Positions 26,053 to 32,000 of a stretch of DNA of 32,000 nt are shown one piece after another. The stretch is from Haloferax volcanii DS2 (GTDB lineage: Archaea > Halobacteriota > Halobacteria > Halobacteriales > Haloferacaceae), in NCBI RefSeq assembly GCF_000025685.1, contig NC_013967.1:2790001-2822000 (forward strand), written 5' to 3'. Under the pieces are notes generated by a model. The model saw only the letters and a list, made by a program, of their open reading frames with translations. It did no database searches and was not told the DNA's origin. Position 1 is the stretch's first letter; each line of letters begins with the position of its first letter. A program made the position numbers and the translations under genes.

Positions 26053-26169
26053 CTACTGGCCGCAGGCGTCCGCGTACGACGTACACCCGTTTTGGATGCA
26101 GACGCCGCAGAGGTGGCGCGTCTCGGAAATCGGCTCACCACAGCACATGCAACTGCGCATGGACACCAT
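26053..26169 (-). CDS. Candidate 38-aa Cys-rich zinc-finger micro-protein (MVSMRSCMCCGEPISETRHLCGVCIQNGCTSYADACGQ), not in the ORF track.
   Basis: Hand translation gives ATG at 26169 and TAG at 26053-26055. 32 of 38 third codon positions are G/C, comparable to genuine genes here. It has seven Cys, including CxCC and CxxC. An A+T-rich box (AATAAGA) lies about 30 nt upstream. Confidence 0.45.
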   Translation of the reverse strand: MVSMRSCMCCGEPISETRHLCGVCIQNGCTSYADACGQ

Positions 26170-26244
26170 GCGAAAAACTACCGCGGGAGGTTACAAGAAT
26201 CTTATTGTCGTGTTGACAGAATATTCGCGTGCCGACGGGCGGGC

Positions 26245-26748
26245 TCAGGCGATGGTGATTCGGCGGACGAAGCCGAGGTTCGACAGGTCGTTGAGCAGGT
26301 CGCCGGGAATCGGCTCGTCGGTGATGATGTAGAGCTTCGGGTCGTCGGTGAACTCGGGGTCCTCGCTTATCGTCTGGCGAATCGAGATGTCCGCGTCAGC
26401 GAGTTTCGAGGTGACGGTGGCGACGATGCCGGGTTCGTCGGCGTCGGCCACCTCGACGGTGAGCACGGAGAGGTCGAGCACCGGCGCGAGGTCCATCAGG
26501 CTCGGAATCGACGAGATGTTCTGGAAGATTCGTCGAAGCTCCTCGTCGTCGAGGATGGCGTCGGTCGTCGAGTCGACGACCCGCCGGTCGACCTCGGCCT
26601 CGCGGGCGATTCCGGTGTTCGGTATCTCGATGCCGCCCGAGACGACCCGTCCCTGGTCGTTGACGGAAAAGCCCCGTTCCAAGAGGAGCCGAATGACAGC
26701 CTGCTGGCTCGGGCTGCCCTCGAACTTCTCCATAATCTCGTCGAACAT
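26245..26748 (-). CDS. ACT-domain protein (archaeal COG2150-type putative amino-acid-metabolism regulator).
   Basis: Track ORF of 167 aa. N-terminal wHTH-like QQAVIRLLLERGFSVNDQGRV and a C-terminal ACT-like LTVEVADADEPGIVATVTSKLADADISIRQ. Confidence 0.75.
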   Translation of the reverse strand: MFDEIMEKFEGSPSQQAVIRLLLERGFSVNDQGRVVSGGIEIPNTGIAREAEVDRRVVDSTTDAILDDEELRRIFQNISSIPSLMDLAPVLDLSVLTVEVADADEPGIVATVTSKLADADISIRQTISEDPEFTDDPKLYIITDEPIPGDLLNDLSNLGFVRRITIA

Positions 26749-26898
26749 TCGTTGGTCGGGGGATTTGCGGGCGGATGCATTAAGTGGTCCGTCACCGCCG
26801 ACGCCGCGGCCGAGGGATTCGGCGGCGACCCCGCCGGCGGGCCGCCGACGCCGCGGCCGGGGAATGGGTTTAACCGTCGGCGCGGAGACCGGTCGTCC

Positions 26899-27594
26899 AT
26901 GCGCGAACTACGCACCTGCGATTTCTGTGGGACCGACGCCGTCGGCGTGTTCGAGGTACTCCCGCCGGCGTTGACGCCGGCCGACGACCAGCGGCGCGTC
27001 GTCCTCTGCGAGCACTGCGAGGAGACCCTCAGCGAGGTCATCGCGCCGCTTCTCTCCCGACTCGGCGTCGACGCCGACGTGGACGTGGCCGACGACGCGC
27101 GGGCCGAGACCGGCGCGTCCGCGACACCGGAGCGAACCACGAGCGGGTCGGGCGGCGAGGCCGCCTCCGTCGACGTGAACGCGGTCGACCCCGCGCCGAC
27201 GCCGCCGGAGCCGGCGGACCACGACTCGCCCGACGAGGGCGACGACGCTGGTTCTCCGGGAGACGACGCGAACGACAACGACGGCGTGGACGACGAAGCC
27301 GAGGTCGAAACCGAAGCCGAGGCCAGGACCGAAACCGAGAACGAGCCCTCCGCGTCGGCGGCCGACGAGCAGCCCCGACCCGACGGCGAGTCCGGCCGGG
27401 GTGAGGAGCCGCCGAAGTTCCGGAAGGTCATCCGTATCCTCCAGAACCGCGAGTTCCCCGTCGAGCGGGCGGAGGTCGAGGCGTTGGCGTCCGGCGCGTA
27501 CGACCTCGACGACGACGAGGTGGCCGACATCTTCGACTACGCAATCGAACGCGGGCTGCTCGTCGACGACTCGGGGACGCTCCGGCGGCCCTGA
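26899..27594 (+). CDS. Zinc-ribbon protein with a long acidic linker and a C-terminal helical domain (231 aa), hypothetical.
   Basis: In-frame tail of track ORF 25471..27594 from MRELRTCDFCGTDAVG...LCEHCEE. GTTTAAC lies 24 nt upstream of ATG 26899. Confidence 0.7.
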   Translation: MRELRTCDFCGTDAVGVFEVLPPALTPADDQRRVVLCEHCEETLSEVIAPLLSRLGVDADVDVADDARAETGASATPERTTSGSGGEAASVDVNAVDPAPTPPEPADHDSPDEGDDAGSPGDDANDNDGVDDEAEVETEAEARTETENEPSASAADEQPRPDGESGRGEEPPKFRKVIRILQNREFPVERAEVEALASGAYDLDDDEVADIFDYAIERGLLVDDSGTLRRP

Positions 27595-27630
27595 GCGGTC
27601 GAACGCGCGGAATCAGAGAGCAGGCGGCGA

Positions 27631-28224
27631 TTACAGTTTTCCTTTCGTGCTCGGCGTGTCGGAGCGCCGCGGGTCCACGCGGGTCGCGTCGTCGAGCGAG
27701 CGCGCGAGCGCCTTGAACAGCGCCTCGACCTCGTGGTGGGCGTTGTCGCCCTCGACGCCCGCGTGGAGCGTGAGGCCGGCGTTCATCGCCAGCGACATGG
27801 CGAAGTGTTCGGCCATGTGGCTGGTGAACTCGCCGACGTACGGTTGGGAAAAGTCGCCCGAGAACTCGAAGAAGGGGCGGCCCGACACGTCGACGACGAC
27901 GGAGGCGACGGCCTCGTCGAGCGGGACTTTGCGGTCGGCGTAGCGGACGATACCGCGCTTGTCACCGAGCGCTTCGGTGAACGCCTCGCCGAGGACGATA
28001 GCCACGTCCTCGACGGTGTGGTGGTCGTCGATGTGGAGGTCGCCGTCGCACTGGACCGTCAGGTCGAACAGGCCGTGTTTGGCGAAGGCCTCCAGCATGT
28101 GGTCGAAAAATCCGATACCGGTGTCGACGACCGCGTCGCCGTCGCCGTCGATGGCCAGCGTCACGTCGATGGTCGTCTCGGCCGTCTCGCGGGAGACGGC
28201 CGCGCGTCGGTCGGCGTCGCTCAT
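27631..28224 (-). CDS. hisB: Imidazoleglycerol-phosphate dehydratase.
   Basis: In-frame part of track ORF 27631..28287 from [21 protein letters not shown]. Motifs [12 protein letters not shown] and [18 protein letters not shown] lies 23 nt upstream of ATG 28224. Confidence 0.93.
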   Translation of the reverse strand: MSDADRRAAVSRETAETTIDVTLAIDGDGDAVVDTGIGFFDHMLEAFAKHGLFDLTVQCDGDLHIDDHHTVEDVAIVLGEAFTEALGDKRGIVRYADRKVPLDEAVASVVVDVSGRPFFEFSGDFSQPYVGEFTSHMAEHFAMSLAMNAGLTLHAGVEGDNAHHEVEALFKALARSLDDATRVDPRRSDTPSTKGKL

Positions 28225-28292
28225 GTCGCGTTCGATGCGGGCCGCGCATATAGGGATTCTCGTCGTCGAGCGGGCGGAGCACGCCACCGACG

Positions 28293-28312
28293 CGTCAGAC
28301 GCGCGTCTGACG
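28293..28312. promoter_or_regulatory. Perfect 20-nt palindrome CGTCAGACGCGCGTCTGACG in the hisB-divergent intergenic region.
   Basis: The first ten bases are the exact reverse complement of the last ten. It lies 69 nt upstream of the hisB ATG and 34 nt upstream of the plus-strand ATG at 28346. Confidence 0.4.
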
Positions 28313-28345
28313 GACGTTCATGCGTTCGGACGCGTACGGTGGGGT

Positions 28346-28487
28346 ATGCAGCGAAAGGGAGCGCTGGTGGTGGGGTACACCATCTGCGTCGGGGGAGTTC
28401 TGCTCACCGCGCGGTCCGGGGTCGCTGTTCGGCGTCGCGCTGGTGACGCTCGCGGTCAGCGCGGTCGTGCTCGGCGGGGGCGTCTGA
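28346..28487 (+). pseudogene. Small two-TM membrane ORF apparently interrupted by a 1-nt frameshift in a G4 run.
   Basis: Frame A from ATG 28346 reads MQRKGALVVGYTICVGGVLLTARSG with G/C-rich third positions. It then turns Arg-rich with many T-ending codons. Frame A+1 from about 28418 reads GSLFGVALVTLAVSAVVLGGGV*, with all third positions G/C, and stops at 28485-28487. The switch coincides with GGGG at 28418-28421. Confidence 0.3.
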
Positions 28488-28544
28488 AGTGATAGAGAGC
28501 GAACCGACGCGAAAAGTGTCGACCCGTCAGGGGGCGGGCGACTG

Positions 28545-28733
28545 ATGGGCCACGGAGCGACCGCCAGTCCGAAACGCGACGTAGTGACGATCAGTATGCT
28601 CGTCCTCGCCGGGCCGTTCCTGGCGACCTCGCGCCCCGTGACGGCGATTATCGGCGCGCTGTTCGGCGCCGCCGGCGTCTACGGGACCGTCGAGAGCCTC
28701 GCTGCGGCCGTCGCCGCGTATCTCGACGCGTAG
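28545..28733 (+). CDS. Small membrane protein (62 aa, or 45 aa from ATG 28596), hypothetical.
   Basis: Track ORF. From MLVLAGPFLATS onward nearly every third codon position is G/C. It has two hydrophobic segments. Confidence 0.5.
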   Translation: MGHGATASPKRDVVTISMLVLAGPFLATSRPVTAIIGALFGAAGVYGTVESLAAAVAAYLDA

Positions 28734-28789
28734 CGGCGCGCGGCGTCCCGACCACGCCTCGGCCACGCCTCGGCGTGCCGGCGACGCGA

Positions 28790-29506
28790 CTACGCCTCCA
28801 TCGCTTCTTCGAGCGTGAATCGACCCTCGTAGAGCGCGGTGCCGACGACGGTCGCCGCCGCGCCCGCCTCGCGGAGCGCGCGCACGTCGTCGAGCGAGGC
28901 GACGCCGCCGGAGGCGACGACCGGGATGTCGACCGCGTCGACGACCGCCGAGGTCGTCTCGAGGTGGACGCCTTCGAGTTGCCCCTCCACGTCCACGTCG
29001 GTGAAGAGGATGGCCGCCGCGCCGAGTTCCTCGTAGCGGGCGGCCGCCTCGGCGGGGTCGAGGCCGGTGCCCTCGGTCCAGCCGGAGACGACGACTTCGC
29101 CGTCTTTCGCGTCGAGGCTGACCATCACGCCGCCGGGGTAGTCGGCGGCGAGTTCGGCGACGATGTCGGGGTTCTCGACGGCCGCGGTGCCGAGGATGAC
29201 GCGGTCGACGCCGCGGTCCAAGAGGTCGCGGGCGTCGTCGGCGGTGCGGATGCCGCCGCCGAGTTGGAGCGGCACGTCGACCGCGTCGAGGACGGCGTCG
29301 ACCGCCGGGGCGTTCTTTCGCTCGCCCTCGAACGCGCCGCCGAGGTCGACGAGGTGGAGCGTCTCCGCGCCGGCGTCGACCCAGCGGCGGGCGGCCTCGA
29401 CCGGGTCGCCGTAAGTCTTCTCGGTGCCGCGTTCGCCCTGCACGAGCTGGACGACTTCGCCGTCTTGCATGTCGACCGCGGGGACGACTTCGAACTCCGG
29501 GAACAT
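28790..29506 (-). CDS. hisA: Phosphoribosylformimino-5-aminoimidazole carboxamide ribotide (ProFAR) isomerase.
   Basis: Track ORF of 238 aa. VVPAVDMQDGEVVQL, LQLGGGIR and VASGGVASLDD are (beta/alpha)8 HisA hallmarks. Confidence 0.92.
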   Translation of the reverse strand: MFPEFEVVPAVDMQDGEVVQLVQGERGTEKTYGDPVEAARRWVDAGAETLHLVDLGGAFEGERKNAPAVDAVLDAVDVPLQLGGGIRTADDARDLLDRGVDRVILGTAAVENPDIVAELAADYPGGVMVSLDAKDGEVVVSGWTEGTGLDPAEAAARYEELGAAAILFTDVDVEGQLEGVHLETTSAVVDAVDIPVVASGGVASLDDVRALREAGAAATVVGTALYEGRFTLEEAMEA

Positions 29507-29631
29507 ACGTCACCGTGGGCGAGCGGCGTGCGTAAACGCACCGGATACGGCGACTCGGGTTCACCGAGGAACGTAACGAGCGAACCAACAGTTCGGAACG
29601 GCTTTGTCGCGCCGGGGTTCACACACACTCA

Positions 29632-30996
29632 ATGAAACTCTTCGGTTCCAGCGGCACCCGCGGCGTGGTGGGTGAGAGCCTCACCCCGGAGTTCGTCCTC
29701 CGCGTCGCCAAGGCCGCCGGCACGGTCTGGAACACCGGCCGGGTCGCCATCGCACGGGACACCCGAACCACGGGCGAGATGTTCGTCAACGCCGCCGAGT
29801 CCGGGCTGGCGAGCGTCGGCGTCGACGTGGACGACCTCGGCGTCGTCCCCACCCCCGCGGCGGTCCGCTACTGCGAGAATCAGGCCGTTCCGGGCGTCGT
29901 CATCACGGCCTCGCACAACCCCCCGGAGTTCAACGGCGTCAAACTCGTCGGCGACGACGGCGTCGAACTCGCCGTCGAGGAGCTAGAGCGCATCGAAGAC
30001 CACATCCTCGCCGAGGAGTTCGACGTGACCGAGTGGGACGCCGTCGGGAGCGTCCGGTCGGTCGAGACCGCGAACGACGACTACCACGAGGACCTCCTCG
30101 CCAACGTCGACCGCGAGAAAATCGCTGCCGCGAACCTCACGGTCGCGCTCGACCCCGGCCACGGCGCCGGGTCGCTCGTCACGCCCGACTTCCTCCGCGA
30201 ACTCGGCTGCGAGGTCCGCACGGTCAACGCCCAGCCCGACGGCCACTTCCCCGGTCGCCAGTCCGAGCCGGTCCCCGAGAACCTCCGCGACCTCGAACGC
30301 CTCGTCCGCGCGACCGACGCCGACGTGGGAATCGCCCACGACGGCGACGCCGACCGGGCCGTCTTCGTGAACGAGCGCGGCGAGTGCATCTCCGGCGAGG
30401 CGTCGCTGGCCGCCCTCGCGGCCGCCGCCCTCGAACCGGGCGACGCGACCGTCTCCGCCGTGAACGTCTCCCAGCGCCTCGTCGACGTCTGCGAGGAGGT
30501 CGGTGCCGACCTCGAACTCACGCCCATCGGCGCGACGAACCTCATCACCCGCATCCGCGAGCTCTGGCGCGAGGGTCGGAACGTCCCCGTCGCGGGCGAG
30601 GGGAACGGAGGAGTGTTCTACCCCAACTACCGCCTCGTCCGCGACGGCGCGTACATCGCGGCGAAGTTCCTCGAACTCGTCGCCGAGCGCTCCGCGAGCG
30701 AACTCGTCGCGCCCTACGAGGACTACTACAACGTCCGCATCAACCTCGAATACGACGAGGAAGCCGAGTTGACGGCGATGCTCAACGCCGCCGCCGACTA
30801 CGCCGAATCGGCCGACGCGACCCCGAACACGACCGACGGCTACCGCCTCGACTACGGCGACGCGTGGGTGCTCGTCCGCCCCTCCGGGACCGAGCCGAAA
30901 GTCCGCGTCTACGCCGAAGGCCGCTCCGAGGAGCGCGCGACCGAACTCGCCGAAGACGCCGCCGACGCGCTCCGAAGCGCGGTCGCGACGCTGTAA
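29632..30996 (+). CDS. glmM: Phosphoglucosamine mutase / phosphohexomutase (alpha-D-phosphohexomutase superfamily).
   Basis: Track ORF of 454 aa. Phosphoserine loop TASHNPPEFNG, metal loop AHDGDADR, sugar loop GEGNGG, and phosphate loop RPSGTEPKVR. The GlmM versus PMM/PGM specificity cannot be decided from sequence alone. Confidence 0.85.
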   Translation: MKLFGSSGTRGVVGESLTPEFVLRVAKAAGTVWNTGRVAIARDTRTTGEMFVNAAESGLASVGVDVDDLGVVPTPAAVRYCENQAVPGVVITASHNPPEFNGVKLVGDDGVELAVEELERIEDHILAEEFDVTEWDAVGSVRSVETANDDYHEDLLANVDREKIAAANLTVALDPGHGAGSLVTPDFLRELGCEVRTVNAQPDGHFPGRQSEPVPENLRDLERLVRATDADVGIAHDGDADRAVFVNERGECISGEASLAALAAAALEPGDATVSAVNVSQRLVDVCEEVGADLELTPIGATNLITRIRELWREGRNVPVAGEGNGGVFYPNYRLVRDGAYIAAKFLELVAERSASELVAPYEDYYNVRINLEYDEEAELTAMLNAAADYAESADATPNTTDGYRLDYGDAWVLVRPSGTEPKVRVYAEGRSEERATELAEDAADALRSAVATL

Positions 30997-31252
30997 TCGG
31001 TCTGAACAAGGAGACGTTCATCGAGACACCCCGCAACACACCAAACGATCTTCAGATGCTTCGTTGATACTTCCAGACCCAGAGCCGAATTCGGCGTTAC
31101 AGGCCCCAAAGACCCATTTATCCGCATTTGAGCGTCTTTACTAAGATTTAAGCATTTTGCCGATCAACGATTTAACCGAGAAGTGACGCTGGAGAGATAA
31201 TGATCCCTCTCTGCAGGGGCTGAGTTCTCTTTCGGCGGTGGATTTTACACAC

Positions 31253-31948
31253 TTAGAGTCGGTGGTCCCGAACTACGTTACTAGCGGCGGCACAGTCCCC
31301 TTTCCGCTGGTTTCGAGGCCACGAGTAGGCCGCTAAGTCGGCTATTTGTAGCCCCGGTACGGACCTGCTATCTTGGGTTGTGAATGTAGTAGGGACACCA
31401 ATCTCCTCGTGAGAATCGAAGCATCCACCGACGACGTCTGCGGGAGCGTCCCACACGGTATCGTCCAGTACAACGTTGATTTCGTCGATCACGTCGAGGT
31501 TCATCAACCCTTCTTGAAAGAGCGGGCTGATAGCCGAGATAAGACTCATCGAGCGTATCATTTGGCCGTTCGAAAAGCTACCGGATGTTCTCCCGTCAAA
31601 AGCCCCTCTTGTTATGTCGGGAAGAGTCGTGTACGCCGAATATCGGATTGGTTGGCCGGTGGTCCAGACACGAGGCGTTTCGATGGTCTTGTCGCTGTGA
31701 AGCTTCGGGACCATGGCCTGCATCAAATCGTCGACGTAGCTCGGGTGAAGTTTCGAGGACTTGATTTCCGAAAAGTCGTCATCGTCTCTTAGGCGGCGGG
31801 CTTGTTCCAGCAAGAATCCCTTGGTTGAAGCGAGGACCTCGTACTCACTAGACCGCTTGGAAACACACCAACAACCGACAATCGAGAACCCCGTCCCTGC
31901 ATCGGCGTTCCCGCTTTCGTCGACGAAAAAATAGAGAATACGAGTCAT
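31253..31948 (-). CDS. DUF3800-type protein (231 aa) in a low-G+C segment.
   Basis: Track ORF. N-terminal ILYFFVDESG and C-terminal VPGLQIADLAAY match the two signature motifs of DUF3800 as I remember them. There are many A/T-ending codons, unlike all other genes in the window. Confidence 0.65.
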   Translation of the reverse strand: MTRILYFFVDESGNADAGTGFSIVGCWCVSKRSSEYEVLASTKGFLLEQARRLRDDDDFSEIKSSKLHPSYVDDLMQAMVPKLHSDKTIETPRVWTTGQPIRYSAYTTLPDITRGAFDGRTSGSFSNGQMIRSMSLISAISPLFQEGLMNLDVIDEINVVLDDTVWDAPADVVGGCFDSHEEIGVPTTFTTQDSRSVPGLQIADLAAYSWPRNQRKGDCAAASNVVRDHRL

Positions 31949-32000
31949 TTGAAAGTGGTTGAAGTATTTAATACGCTACCTCGACTAAAATGTGAATGGT

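Noticed and set aside
30909-31127. 72-aa minus-strand ORF spanning the glmM 3' end and the A+T-rich spacer.
   Set aside because: More than a third of it is antisense to glmM. The remainder has no codon bias or promoter, and it is likely spurious.
31297-31315. CCCCTTTCCGCTGGTTTCG. Its complement (CCAGCGGAAAGGGG) resembles an archaeal origin-recognition-box core plus G-string.
   Set aside because: It is a single copy with a mismatch in the core. It lies inside the DUF3800 coding frame (RNQRKGD), and there is no partner inverted copy or A+T-rich unwinding element within the window.

Overview
This window reads as a core chromosomal segment of a halophilic archaeon. It has high G+C, very acidic predicted proteins, and TATA-like boxes 22-27 nt upstream of most start codons, which indicates leaderless transcripts. 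From memory, the lipoamide dehydrogenase / 2-oxoacid dehydrogenase operon resembles the Haloferax volcanii locus; I cannot verify that here.

About 39 coding regions are supported:
- a partial Ski2/Hel308-like helicase, absent from the ORF track because it runs off the left edge
- lipA, followed by a four-gene 2-oxoacid dehydrogenase operon (E1 alpha, E1 beta, E2, lpdA)
- an XRE regulator / DUF2178-like membrane protein pair
- serB, serA and thrC
- a winged-helix regulator and cstA
- an ArsA/Get3-family ATPase operon, divergent from a COG0523 metallochaperone GTPase operon
- upp, an IMPACT/YigZ protein and an ACT-domain protein
- hisB, hisA and a glmM-like phosphohexomutase
- several haloarchaeal hypothetical proteins and small (<80 aa) membrane or zinc-finger proteins, some below the size cutoff of the ORF track

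Many long ORFs in the track are Arg/Pro/Gly-rich wrong-frame or antisense artefacts of the G+C content. No rRNA, tRNA, CRISPR array, IS element or integrase is visible.

I do not see a convincing complete novel multi-gene system. The most accessory-looking part is the last ~1 kb. There G+C drops sharply right after glmM, and a DUF3800-type gene sits at what looks like the edge of an acquired island continuing beyond the window.

Secondary leads:
- the divergent ArsA/Get3 and COG0523 operons, each coupled to a tiny uncharacterised partner
- an unlisted 38-aa Cys-rich ORF
- a GAAC-N-GTTC site array and a possible leader or sRNA upstream of lipA
- a CTTTACA/TGTAAAG operator at the XRE operon
- a small two-TM ORF apparently frameshifted in a G4 run
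- a repeat-bearing 284-nt convergent intergenic region
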